Origin: Trichoplax sp. H2
Taxonomy: Eukaryota
NCBI GenBank assembly: GCA_003344405.1
Contig: NOWV01000002.1
Coordinates: 1,178,001 to 1,242,000, forward strand
DNA: 64,000 nt
Reading direction: 5' to 3'
The stretch's first letter is position 1. Each line of letters starts with the position of its first letter. Under the pieces are notes generated by a model. It saw nothing but the letters and a program-made list of their open reading frames with translations, was not told the DNA's origin and searched no databases. Both the position numbers and the translations under genes were made by a program. This document shows positions 40,529-54,908 of this stretch, piece by piece.

Positions 40529-43080
40529 TGAACTCATCGCTACATCATGGACATGGACGAGTTGATGGCCCATGCTGAACTCTACAGTACTCAGTACTGT
40601 AGTACAGTACCCTAGTGTACAGTACAGTACCGTACTGTAATGCATCCTAGGGACTTGTGTACAGTACTCTGCACTCTACTCTACACTGTACAGTCTTGAG
40701 TCTTTCTGTCGCTTGGGTACTCTACTGTTACACTATTTACTGCATTTTTCTCATTCACTGGCGATTTGGCCAAGAAACAGGATCGACTCCAATCTCAGCG
40801 CAACCTTGTTTAAAGAAGTGGATGCATTTTATAAGTTTGCAACTGGACTAGGGATCCAAGCTTATCATTTCATGACTGATAAAATAGTTATAGAAAGATC
40901 TTATTGATACTCTGGCTGGTTTATTGAATGAACAATTTGCCAAAACGATACAAGGTAAGCTCAAGTAAATCAAGTAGATATTATAAATACACAACTGTGT
41001 CAAGGGAAAGACCAAACCAACTGGAGCCAATTGCATTTTGTCTTGTTTTCAATAAGGCTGCCATGGATTATTCACCTCAAACGATACGAGTACTCTACTG
41101 TACTGTAATGTACATTATTAGAATTGCCTAATCAGCAATCCACCGATGTACTGTAAAGATCAGCACGTTACACGCCTTTATAGAATGATTTACTGTTGAA
41201 ATAGATAGGAAATGATGTTTCTTTTTGATCATTACACTACATAACTTGATAGATATTGATAGATGCGACATCAACATGACTAACTTAATATCAAGTTGGT
41301 TAGCGTGAAAGGAGACAAGACTGAAGCACAGAATACTGTAGCGTCTACTGACGCAGTTCTAAAAAGTATCGACATACACAGTACAGTAGATATCCCGTAT
41401 AGCGTGCAGTCGGAGAATACTCTGAAATACAAGTACTATTACTTGACGAGCAATCAGTTTACCACTAGGAAAGGGAGCAAGTACGTTGCATCATTGTTGC
41501 ATGGCTTAAAGCTAAAAATGGTTGTATCAGCCATCGGAGTTGAACCATGCAAAGCTATACTTCTTTACTTTAAATATACTGTACAATCAATTGAGATGAT
41601 ACTGTGAGTCGTTTACAGGATAGCTATTTAATTAATTTATAATTAGATATTAAAATGATAGTGTACGGTAGACGCTTTCATACAAATTTTTATGCGTTGC
41701 TTGGTGTCTATCATGAAAACTGGATGATATTGACTACTGAAATCAAATCTAAAAGTGAACTATTCTATGTAGCATAACTGGAAACCGAATCTTAGTCTTT
41801 TTTTTTAATCCATGTTATTTGTTATTAAAGCATTCATTTATATTAACAGTATAGTGTAGATCAACAAGCACATCCGATAGCTTAGTGCACACTATAGCTA
41901 AATCAATGTATACTGTCCGTACAGTATCGCTCTAGTCGGATGTCTGTGTTGATGATGTGAAATTTGCTCGTTTTTCAGTACAGATTAATAAGAATATATA
42001 CTTCACTTTGCACACACTAATGTGATATAGTGCAATTGCTAAATGTGCATTGAATCCGTTAATTTATGGATCTTCAAATTAAGCAATGGTAACAAAGTTC
42101 AAATTTCACGTTAAACATTCAAAAAAGTTTATGAATACAATCGTATTATCTTATTATTGCATTCATTCCTGTATCAACCATCTAATGATGTAGTTTACTA
42201 GCCTGTATGAATTTTGTTCTGGAGTATACTGCACTTCAATTGGTACTGTACTGAATACAGTAATTCATTATAGGGGAATGATAGTATAAGTTTCATTCAC
42301 CGCATGATATTTTTATTTTCTTGTACTTGCTCGCCATTTTATCAATCGATCAAGAGCGTATCTCGACAAAAATGTAACATTGACATTTTGTTATTATTAA
42401 ACAATGTGTACAGTACAGTATAAGTACGTAGAGTACAGTACAGTCCCGATACGGTGGTGCTTGTACTGTACAGTACAGTACAGTCCATTTCTTATCTCGA
42501 TAGAGGCGTGTAAGGATAAGGATAGGTCGGCATTTCCAAGCATTGGAGGTAGCGTCGTTTAGACTGACTGTACAGTACTGTACCAGTACTAACGCTAACG
42601 TACTACGCGTATGAATTTGCTCTTTACAAGGCCTTGACTGTATCCGTAAATCTAAAATAACTTATCACATTTATGATTGATCATGATTGATGTAAGAGAA
42701 AGATATTTATTTATTTAAGATTACAAGTTCGCAATGCCAAGAACTGAAATTGGCGCAACATCAATCTACTTTAAAATTAACATGATACTGCATAAATAAG
42801 AGTAATGCTTTGAAGTGTACATTACATGAGTTGAGTTAGAGGTTAAATTAATTTAAACTAACAGCATTACTATATTAGTAGAGATTCGATATCATTCTCG
42901 TTCTCAAGTTTCCTGCTTTTACTACCTACTCTACTTACGATGATAGTACTGTGTGAACAGTGCAGTCTTGCGTGTGCCTTGTTTGCAAGCATTTCAAATA
43001 TGTCGTGTACAGTGCAATGCTGTGCCTAGTCAAAATCAGGTCGTTCGCCTTTCCTCGATCTGAAGTACAGTAGGTAGTAA

Positions 43081-43130
43081 CCAGGGACAACTTCAGGTCA
43101 AAAATATTTTTGACCTGAAATTGTCCCTGG
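43081..43130. repeat. 50-bp near-perfect palindrome
   Basis: CCAGGGACAACTTCAGGTCAAAAAT|ATTTTTGACCTGAAATTGTCCCTGG: 24 of 25 pairs, no loop. Confidence 0.9.
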
Positions 43131-43672
43131 TACTAAATGTATAACCAGCGCATTCTTTCTCGTAAACAGCCACTAGTATTATATAAACTACAACCTTGAA
43201 TCTATAAATAGATATGGATTAAATTTAGCTACTTCAAGGATTAACTGCGTGCAATTTTATCTACCAACTTGAATTAATATAGTAAATGAACGTAGTACGA
43301 TGCCGTGAAATTATAATCGTATAAAAGTATATTAATTGATATGATGACTACTGTCGACTTTTTGTAATGCTTACAATTATCAACATATTAATAAACTATG
43401 AATACTAGAATGAATTGAAGTTACCCTTAGTTCTAGCTGTGCATCTACTGTACCAAGGTGCAAACGTCATTGTATAAAGAGAATCAGTATTGTAATTTAT
43501 ATGAAACCGTGATATCATTTCCTGTCGTAATTTTTATACACTGTTAACATACAACGTAAACGTATAATTCAATTACCAAAGTATAGCATATTGAAATTTT
43601 CCTTTACTTATTATATTGTGCAGATTATCAGCAGCAGTCAAATCGAAAGATTTACGGGGCGACGCTTACATC

Positions 43673-46600
43673 ATGAGTGCATCTGGATCTGGTGATGCGA
43701 CGCTTGGCATTGTTCATACGTTGATGTGCCATCGTCAAGGCGGTGAATCGGAAAATTTTGCTAAACGTGCCGTAGAATCGTTAGTAAAAAAATTAAAAGA
43801 TAAGCGCGATGAACTTGACGCTTTGATTACAGCTGTGACTTCGAATGGAATTCAGCAATCTAAATGCGTTACTATCGCTGTGAGTATATCAATTATTGGC
43901 TATCTAAGTATGCGTTCTCCCTTAGGTTGATTATTAACTTTTTGGGGGCCATTTCCTATATTAATTTTTGAGGTATAATATTATTTATCGAATATTTGTG
44001 CAGAGAACTTTAGATGGTCGATTACAAGTTGCTGGTAAGAAGGGTTTCCCTCACGTTATTTATTCGCGAATCTGGAGATGGCCTGACCTTCACAAAAACG
44101 AATTAAAGCATATAAAACTTTGCAAATTTGCCTTTGATCTTAAATTGGATCATGTTTGCGTTAATCCTTATCATTATGAGCGAGTTATTTCACCTGGTTA
44201 GTAATGGATAATAACAATGCTACAGTTCTTTAAATCTATCTATCTTGTTATTCTATACCTATAACAGAAATTCGTAAAATCTTGACGATTTAAGATAGTG
44301 AATCGTGATCTGGATATTTGTTTCCTATTAAATTTTAGAGCTACCCCCATTTTCTATACCACATAATTGTAAGTTTAATAGTCCCTTAATCTAGTTCCAT
44401 ACAGAGAAAAATTTTGACGTTTTTAGCAATTTACAACTGTAACTGTATCGCTTTTGTTTTTAATGATCTTTCTATTTCTTGGCCTATGACCGAAAGATGC
44501 CGGTTACCCTCTAGGTAAGAGATAGATAGCTGATGTTCTGTTTATAAAGCGTTTACATAAAAGAAATTCTTTATGTCGTAGTTCTCCTGTAGAATGTATT
44601 GTACAGTGTATATGTTAAAGGAATGCAATACTTTTATTATAGCACGTCAGTAATATCAATACTCAGTGCAAACTGGCTAATCATGTTGTCACTAAGTTGC
44701 TGTAGATGCTAATGATTGCGGTTATTCTTTTATTCTTTCATTAACTATCAATTGAATTACATATGCATTACGATTTCTTCAAATTGAATAATTAGAAGGG
44801 AATGGCTCAATGACAGCGGTCAACGAATATCAGAACGCGCAAATGATGCACGGTTGGTCTATTGACTTATATTTTATTTCGTGGTCATTATCACTAATAT
44901 TGTTGCTTAGTTTGTTACCTTCGGATCGTATATAAGGACTAGTACAATTGATTAAAGTTTTTTTTAACTACTGGGATATCGGGTGATAGTAACGTAACTG
45001 ATATTTCTATAGGTGCATCGCAGATACCACTAACTGTCGATCCGACTGCAATAACAAATAGTATGCATGCTTCTCGTCAGCAGCCTAATGAAGCCGCAAT
45101 TAGGATGCATAATAATCAACCTTCACCTATGGCAATGATGGTAAATAGTCCAGATCCTCGTATGATAATGAACGGTGGTATCTCGGCGCCTACGGCCTCA
45201 ACTTCATGTGTAGATAACTCTGGAGGAACTAGGATGATGGGTCTTGATCCCGAAAGCGTTGGTTGGTATATATTGTATTACTTGTACCTTAGCGCTATAT
45301 CAGTGTACGATCTTTTACAGAAAAGTGTTTCTTTAAAGATCACTTTAAATATTTACTTGCTTAAGTAATATAGAATTTGATAAATGAATTCAAAATCAAT
45401 GTTACATTGCTATATTTATCCAGTAGATCACGCCATTACAGATGACTTTAACAGTTTAAATGTTAATGATGGCTTAAATGCACCAAGATTCAGCGATTAC
45501 CAACGTAAGCGTGCATGCCAGTTATTAAGTTAATGCAATTTAATATATATCACGCTTTGTATTAATGTGTAATTATTTTGATTCATAAGTTTATTTAAAA
45601 TCAGTACATTTGACCTGTTAAAAATCAAAACAACAATTTTTGTAGAACCCGGAGACCAATTCATGTATGATAATGGTAAATGGCCTACATCTGGGTATAA
45701 TAATAGTATCCCAGTTAACCCTCCTCCTCGTACCGGACAAAACACTGCTTACTGTAATAATAAATAAACTTACTGTGAAATTTTATACGATTCTATAAAC
45801 AGTAATACTCGAGTCACTGTATTATTGTATAGGGACTCAAGCAGCAAGTTCTCCGTCAGCAGCTTCCATGCCCAGACCAATATCTAGTCAACCTCGTAAG
45901 TTATCGAAAATAAAAATTTTTTTCAATTTTGTCTTTGTAAAAATCTATAAATCACAACAAATGATACTTTCTTGCCTATATAGCTCCGGATAATTGGTGC
46001 ACTATAGCCTACTACGAGTTAGATTTACAAGTTGGAGAATCATTTAAAGTCCCTTCTCAGTTTCATACTGTTTCTGTAGATGGATTTGTTGATCCATCTG
46101 GAGGCAATAGATTCTGTTTAGGCCAACTTTCAAATGTGCATCGTACTAAAGAAAGTGAACGTGCCCGTCTTCATATCGGTAAAGGTGTAAGATTGGAATG
46201 CCATGGTGAAGGTGACGTTTGGTTAAGTTGTCTTAGCGAGCATAGTGTATTTGTCCAAAGCTATTATTTAGACCGAGAAGCTGGCCGAGGGCCGTTTGAT
46301 TATGTGCATAAGGTTTATCCTAAGGCATACATTAAGGTAAGACATCGTATACTTTATGGTATAGTCAAGTATTAGCTAATGATATGGAATTTTAATATCG
46401 GCCTATATTACAAATTATTAAGACGTGATGATTATGGCACTAGGTATTTGATTTGCAGTTATGCTATCAACAAATGCAACAAGAAGCCAGCAAAGCTCAA
46501 GCGGCAGCAGCCGCGCAGGCCGCTGCTGTTATTGGTACTGGTGGTAGTGTAGGTGGAATTGCTCCTGCTATAAACATGGGTTCTGCTCTTGGTATAGGTA

Positions 46601-46881
46601 CGATAGATAAATAATGTGGCTATACTTCCCAACAAATTCTTATACTAAGTATGTCATTTCAATTTTTTTTTAAACACATTTTTATGGGTTTAGGAGTCGA
46701 TGATTTACGGCGATTATGCATTTTGCGATTTAGTTTCGTTAAAGGGTGGGGACCTGATTATCCTCGTAAGGATATTAAGCAAACACCTTGCTGGGTTGAA
46801 ATTCACCTTCATCGAGCTTTACAGCTTTTAGATCAAGTATTGCAATCGATTCCATCTACAAATCGAATGCCACCAGATTAA
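43673..46881 (+). CDS. SMAD4: Co-Smad (Smad4/Medea)
   Basis: MH1 ([62 protein letters not shown]) in exons 43673-43879 and 44004-44196, then seven linker exons. MH2 in 45984-46336, 46444-46597 and 46694-46881 carries the Smad4-specific [10 protein letters not shown] insert and [25 protein letters not shown]. No C-terminal SSXS. Confidence 0.98.
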
Positions 46882-49800
46882 AGTGATTTAGTCACGATGA
46901 AATCACTAATTGTTCTATGGTTAGAGATTATTCAAAATTACTAGTAGTCCTAAAGCATATGATCATATTAATACTTTAGTATTTGTATTAACAGGTATTC
47001 TCGTATTGAAAATAAGATTAATATTAGGCGTTCTACTGTAGTATAATAATTTTAGACGCTATTTCCAGCAATTGCATCATTGCGTTATAAACGTACTTTG
47101 TGTAAATTTCAACGTTTTTAATACTTAGTACTGACCATATGCGTATCGTATATAGATAGTATCTATTTCAAATTAGTAATAGAACTCATTAGGATTTAAT
47201 CGTACTAATTAACTCTTAAAGTACAAGTTTCATTAACCCAGAATCATGTATAATCGTCAACGCTCTTGATACCGCGTCAATACCGATATGATTTTTTATA
47301 AATGTATGATTGTAGGCAATGATTCACGATCAAAGAATTAATCATATTTACTGTGTAATATTACGTTGCTAGATAAATTTATTGCATATAGGAATAATTT
47401 GCGAGATCAATTGCATCAATCTGTAACGCAACATTTGTACTAGCACGCAAGGTTAGTGATATAACATGATGCTAATAGATTTGATATCTATGGATAAGAG
47501 AATGTTTGGTAATGAGGGCTAAGAATATTGTGTCCAATCTGTCTTTAAGATTATGAAATGAAATCGAATTTTAAGGGGCTAAAATATTTTTAAGTTATCA
47601 ACATTGTGCGTCGATCACACTTTATGTGAAGCTGCGGTTTAACACGGAATTAAAGTTTTAAACCCTAAGCAAATGATAGTGCTACGATATATGCATAGAA
47701 CACATACATGTCTCACTTATTTAACATAGCGTTTTTTACCTGGCACTACATTGTTATAGCATTGCCATTGTTCTATTTTATTACTCGTTTTGAATTGCAA
47801 CCTGTAAAACCATGGATGCACTGTAATCTTTAAGAAGATGATACTCCAAAAAATATACTAACATCCATTAATTACTAAACTAGCAATACAGTAATGAGGT
47901 TATCTTTAATTTTTGACACCAGTCCTTCTGATTGGACTTGTTACTGTATATTACACATAATTACACATTTTGTATTGAAATGTTTACCTAGCTCATTGAT
48001 TATATTACCGTTAACTGGGTTGAATTTTAAAAGAATGATTCTTAAGCCGTAATTAAAATTAGATGAATTAGATATGCGTCTATTTAACCGTGTTTATGTA
48101 TATTTATGATTCTATGCAAGAGCAGATCAGTAAAATATATACGTTTATGCGTATTTAACTTAGAATAAGTCCTGAATAACTGAATCACAAACCATATTCG
48201 TGTGTTCATGTTTGAACGATGTGCGCTTAGATAGTTGTATAAGCATACATAGGTATTACGATAGTAGCAAAGTAGAGCAGTAACGAAGTCTATTGTGCTA
48301 TACAGGACTATCTCGTATACTCTCTACTCATATAGTTGGACCGCTGATGTTACTGGTATAAATAAGTTGTCAACATGACTATAAAATGGACATCAGATAT
48401 TGATTTGGCTCGAAAATGTAAAGATTGATCGTTATATATGTATAATAAGTCAATGATGGTTCTATTTGCATGGTACTACGTAAACTGTCGTACTTACTGT
48501 TAAAAATTAATTATTATACTGTATAATATGATTTCTCACGAATGTTCCAGGCTAAGTATGAGTAGTGAGTAGTGACTTGATGTTTCAAAAGGCCGTCTAT
48601 GAGCATTATCAGCTCAGTTTAATAATTAGAAAGTTATTTTTAGTTTTGTTTTATTCTTAACAGAAATGATGCGTACAATATCGTACGTATTCCAGTAGAG
48701 GCTGTTGTTAATTAATTACGTAATTATACTGGGGATCATACGCGTAAATGTTAATGATAATTTTAATCGTCCGTGCTTACAATGGCATCGAAATTACAGT
48801 ACCTTGATCATATATATGTCTACTGTACAGTTATTCATGCATACTGAACAGTACAGTATACGAATACGGTTAATTAATAGTACGAGTATCAACATGCACA
48901 AATTAGCAGTAATAATATAAAGCCGTAGTTTGTTTGTGGAGAAATGCTGTTCAAACTGAGTAAATGAGCATTACAGCCAAGGTCCATGTAGACTACTTCA
49001 TGCTGTAATGTGTGCTAGAGAATACTATTATATTACTGTGCTGTACATATTGGGATCGCTTGATGATCCGCCTATAGGTCATGATTGTAAGAATTTTCCT
49101 CTTTAACTTAATGTACAATACTTGAACTCTGTTACAACTTCCAAATTTTGTAACAAGTACTAGATCTGCACTCAGCAAGGAGACCCAGTAATTAAGTTGA
49201 AGAACTAACTTTATTGTTAAAATAATGAGTTTATATACTTTCTTTATTGTGACCTTTGATCTACTGGCGTAGATCACAAGATCATCACTAAGAGAAAGGT
49301 TTCCCTAGTTTAGACATTACAAATAGGATATCATACCGAGTATGGCAACATGAGAATACATATATAGATAAGCTTAATATAGTACCATAACTACATCAAA
49401 ATATACGCATGACGTGATAATAACATCGTGATATTTAACCATATATAGAAAGAAGGTAACATACTAATTATGTAACTATTACAGAACGTGACAAACTCAT
49501 AAAGGTAAAAAAAACTTCAAGGTTAAACTGGGTGAACTTACATAATTTTGAAAATTATTATTTTTTTTTTTATTTTAAACAGTACTCTTACAGTAGAAAA
49601 AGCACCTCTACTGCACACTGTAGAGTACAGTACATTGCACGCTGTATAGTACTGTTCAGTATGCAGAAAAAATATTCCAGTACAGTACACTGTACTGTAT
49701 TCTGTACAGTATTGTGCCAAATCATCATTACGCTTCAAATCGTGCAAGTCCTAGTTAGTCCAAGTGAATGAAGTGAAGTGATACGACGATAGTATGAGTG

Positions 49801-49973
49801 TGTGACGGTGACACCACCTGTACGACTGTACCGTACCGTACGTCAAATCTTCAAGAGAAACAATGCGATGTTGTCTCATACGCCAATACCGAGTGATGCA
49901 TCAACCACTTCAGTCGAAGAGTCCGTGCAGGCGAAAACTCACTTTGGCAATTCATTGAATACGGAGAAGCAAG

Positions 49974-52900
49974 ATGGCCTCAAGTTCTGTCATTACTTGT
50001 AATTCTGATGTTGAATTTGAAAGGGAATTCAACAAAGCTGGAGAAAAGTTACTAGTGGTTGATTTTACGGCAACATGGTAAATATTCGGATATCATAGGG
50101 CCTTTGATATTGTATTCTTATTGTAGAAGAATAAGAAATGTTTAGCTGACTTGTTGCAATACGTACCAGTGCAAGTACAGTACTGTATCAATAGCAGTGT
50201 GAAGCAAGTGAAATTGTAGAACCTTTTCACTGTCTTCTAAACGAAGCTGCCTTGTCCTGTGTATTAGTGGTTCTTTGCTGAGAATACCATTTATAATTTC
50301 ATGAATTACTCCTATTATTTATTTTTACATAGTACTACCTTGAATATTGTATTCTTATTGTAGAGGAATAAGAAATGTTTAGCTGACTTGTTGCAATAAG
50401 TACCAGTGCTAGTACAGTACTGTATCAATAGCAGTGTGAAGCAAGTGAAATTGTAGAACCTTTTCACTGTCTTCTAAACGAAGCTGCCTTGTCCTGTGTA
50501 TAAGTGGTTCTTTACTGAGAATACCATTTATAATTTCATGAATTACTCCTATTATTTATTTATACGTAGTACTACATTCTCTACAAGCTGTTTCGGAAAA
50601 TTTATGATAATATATGGACTACACCGATTTTAAGTTAATTACTTGTCCGATGTCCTATCTCGTAGAATGCTATTAACCGACCATGCATACCATTCACTGT
50701 ATATTCATTAATTATTATCACAAGGACTCCATAGCGTCAAATCATTTTTCATTCTGACAATAGTAGTACAAGTTGGACACCATTTGACCACTTAGTCTAT
50801 GAAGAATTGCCAGGCAAGGAGTTATTGTAGCGTTAAATCAACTCAAAAAAATTGTCAAAATCAATATCAGGATGCCATTGTACAGTACTTTACAATCCAG
50901 CGTATCGGGACACTGTACTTTTAGTGTTGCTACTGGCTGCGACTATACTGTATATATAAAGAAGGATAAGGTTATCGTCTACAACCAGACTTGCACTAGT
51001 TGCTACTGGCTTCTGCATGAGCAAGATAAATAATTAGCCAATAAGTTAGTATAATAATATCATAAAGTCCAAAAAATAGAGAAATAATAATCATAGTAAT
51101 TCTCCAAGACATGGTTTTCGGTTAAAACGTAATGCAGAGGATGTAGCACTTCCAGTAACTGCCAATGCCTACTACAATATAGGAAGACGGATACAGTTTT
51201 AGCTTACTTTTCTAGTACATCGGTGCAGGACTGTTAGTACTTGCTATTGGTTACTGTATGAAGAGTAATCAATCACTGACTGACTAGAACATTAACTTAA
51301 GCCCAAAAGTAGCACAATCACTAACTTGGTAATACTCCAAAATGGAGTTATACTGTACTGTAATTTACAATCTATTACTTTGGTATAGATCTTTCAGTGT
51401 AATGCTTACGCTTACTACAACATGTGTACGCTTACAAAAGCAACCAAATGCTAGTACAGTAGATGATACAGTTTTAAATGTCAATATTACTCTTGCTTTG
51501 CAGATATTTTTAGACTAGATTCTATCTTCAGTTAATTCTATAAATTAAAGTGCATTTCGTAATCAGCCTTTATTATGCTTACTATATCTAGGTGTGGACC
51601 ATGTCGTCAAATGGCACCTATATTTGCAGCGTTAAGTAATAAATATAAAGGTTCCACGATTTTTTTATCTGTTGATATTGATAAATGTCAGGTTAGTTTG
51701 AGCTTTTGGATAGAAAAATAATGTACTAATTAAAATTACCATGCTATCTATCTATATTGTATATCAATACTGTGTGTATGTGTTCGTGCCTCATTTCATT
51801 CACAGTTTACATACATTAAGCCATCATAATTTACTCATAAAGCAGAATCTCAAGATAAATCAACACGTATAAGTCTGCTACTATAAATAATTGTAATACT
51901 GTACAGTGTACGGTATTGTATTATACTCCTAATGCATGCAAATTTTAATTTACTAACTTATTATATATATATCGGATATTCAGTCTACTTAGTAGATTAT
52001 TATCTCCTGTCTGGAATTAGTCCATATGAATGTAAAACTATTGAACATAATAATAACAAAATCTGTCCTTTACATACCGTTCTTAGTACTATCAACTCCG
52101 AAGTCTGCACTCTTTGATATCGTTCCGATGAGATTGCTAACATTATAATCCATCGAGTAATAGGGCTTTATTTGTTCGTTAACTGTATAAATAAAATAAA
52201 ATGCATGAAAGATAATTTCTCATGGAAAATATTTCAAGTAACCGTACAATTTATATTCAATCAGAATACTGCTGAAGCGCAAGGCATCCGTTCAGTACCG
52301 ACATTCCGATTCTTTAAGAATAAAGCTAGAATTGATGAAGTTAGTGGTAGTCAAGCTGGGCTATTGGAAGAAAAAATTAAGCAGCATGGTGGAAGCAGTA
52401 ACTCGTCTAGCAGTTCGACGAATGAGCATGAAAGTCCTGTATCTGGCTTTGTAAGTAATAGTTTTACAACTTATAAAATTCGCTAAGGGTGATAGTACTG
52501 TATAGGCGTAAATATTCAATTTCTACCCCCAATATAACACTACTACGATCAGATGTCAGTTGAAAATGCTATTCTTAAATCTTTAAATTTCGTTATGACT
52601 ATTTTTAGTCGTTTGGCTTGCATTATTTGTTGTATCGGAATATAATTTGATAAATAAATTATTGACTGTGTCCAGGTAAACTTATATTCTGCTATAAATC
52701 TATCGAACTGCGAGTGTTTAAATGAAAATGATGATCATCCATTTAAGAATGCATTGACGAAAAGCTCATTATACCTAGAAAGTGATTGTGATGAACAGGT
52801 AAGAAAATATCTTATATTGTGTTTTATCAACTTAGAATTGATTTAAATAGCTTGAAATCTTCCAGGATTTTCAAATGATACAATGTAATAGATCGTAATG

Positions 52901-54192
52901 ATATACTGATTAATTATCAGGCAATGAAGTATATTTTTATTACTAGTTCAGTGTTTAATTATGGCTTATTTTGTCATTATAGCTATTAATTTATATAGCA
53001 TTCCAGCAGCCCGTCAAGATTCATTCCATTATTTTAAATGCTCCTGATGATGGTCAGCTGTAGCACACTTAAACATATACTATTTAAATATGGAAGCACG
53101 ACTAATTATTGGCTAAAATTTTTGCTTGCTATTGTAACCTAATTATTTCTTATCAATTTTTTAGGTAGAGCACCAAAGATAGTGAAATTGTTTACAAATC
53201 AAACGGTATCATTAGATTTCGACAAAGCAGAAGCAAAACAGTCTACTCAGCAATTTGAGTAAGGAATTGACGTTAATTATCTATACAGTAACACATTTTC
53301 CATATTTTGCAGTAGTTTAACTGTAAGCCTTAAAATTTACGTTTTGTAATTTGCTATCAATCATATCAGTAATTCCTAAATTCTTTTCAGATTAACGGGG
53401 GAAGATGTATCTGAAGGAAATGTTATTAACCTTCGCTACGTCAAATTTCAAAATGTTGAAAATATAACGGTACACTATAATGCCGCTTAATCAGCACTTA
53501 TTGAATGATTAGTATGATTTATAATAAATTTATTTGGCAGTTGAGATTATTCATATCAGATTAACTCAGACTTCATATGTGTTAATATTATTAAAATTCG
53601 AGTATGCGCAATTAGTATAGTACGGTTTGATATATAGTTGTTATATTTATCATATAATTCTATACGTGTGTCTTAGATTGTCCATACTCATATCTAGTTG
53701 TTTTTCTCCATTTATTTTAAATCAAAATACATGTAGAAGAAAGCTTATAAATAGTTTTTTATATCCCTTTAGCTATTCGTTAAAAATAATCAAGGTGGAG
53801 ATGATATAACTGTAATCAACCATTTGGCATTTATTGGAAATTTAATCGACAAAACTGACATGAGCAGTTTTAAACGCGTAAGTGTAGCTATTTCTTATCT
53901 TTTACAACATCTATACCATATGTGTCAACTTAGTAGTAACCAAACAAACTATTTAAGTGGTCTCAACATTAAATTATTACCTAAATGTCATCATTATACT
54001 ATCTTTCTCTGGTTAAATCAAAACTTTTATTAACATAAACAAAATTTACATAGTAATAAAATACATGGGCTACCATAGTAGCAAAACAGGTCTTAATTGT
54101 AATAAAATATTTGTGGATAGGCGAATGCTTTGAATTTAATAAGAAGACAATTTGTTTTGTAGGTCGCTGGTAAACCAGGCGAAAGCCATTAA
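49974..54192 (+). CDS. TXNL1: Thioredoxin-like protein 1 (Trx + PITH domain)
   Basis: Exons 49974-50077, 51592-51691, 52265-52450, 52676-52798, 52983-53052, 53165-53258, 53391-53469, 53773-53877 and 54163-54192. WCGPC active site; PITH motifs CECLNE, LESDCDEQL, LRYVKFQNV; C-terminus FKRVAGKPGESH. Confidence 0.97.
50107..50575. repeat. ~237 bp near-identical direct duplication in TXNL1 intron 1
   Basis: ATATTGTATTCTTATTGTAGA at ~50107 and ~50344, with the rest collinear. Confidence 0.92.
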
Positions 54193-54908
54193 AGTTTTAG
54201 CAAATATGAATTCAAACGGGCAATTCGTAGGAGTTATTACGCAATACCATGTGACAATGGTGGAACTTATTCATTAATTTTGTACAAGTTAATGAACACC
54301 TATTTTAGTAGCGACCATTTATACTTCCAATAAAATATAACACTGTTCATAAATATGCTGTGTTGTACAGTGATTACGTAAGGTTTTCTAACAATTATAT
54401 AATTAATTAATCCGGATAAAGTTTGTAACAGTAAATACCAAACATTCGTAAGCAACAAAATGTACAATTAAAACAACACCAATTGATCTCTTGCGGCAAT
54501 TTATCGCAAGACAGCGTGTAAGCTATTACATTATTTCTCGAAACTGCCGGATTGTAGAAGTAGCACAGTTAATAATAATGTATGTAATCATCTACGTAAT
54601 TATAATACATGTAATTATTTGTAGATGATTTAGTTCTTGATAGATAGTAATTAATTTATCAGGTTTGGTATAGAGATACTCTTTTTAAGATTTGTATTGT
54701 TGGCAGCGATCCAGCTGTGCAGATTATTTATAGAATATTGCAGGTGTACGTTGACATACAGTGGCAATTATGCAACGCACGTTGACTTACAGTATGCAAT
54801 TATGTATTGCAATATAGATGACAAAATTTCATAATAAATAGTTTATTAAGCTTCTACTCTCTGAAGATATATTTTCAGCATGTACAATGAGTCGAATGAT
54901 GTGAAGTA

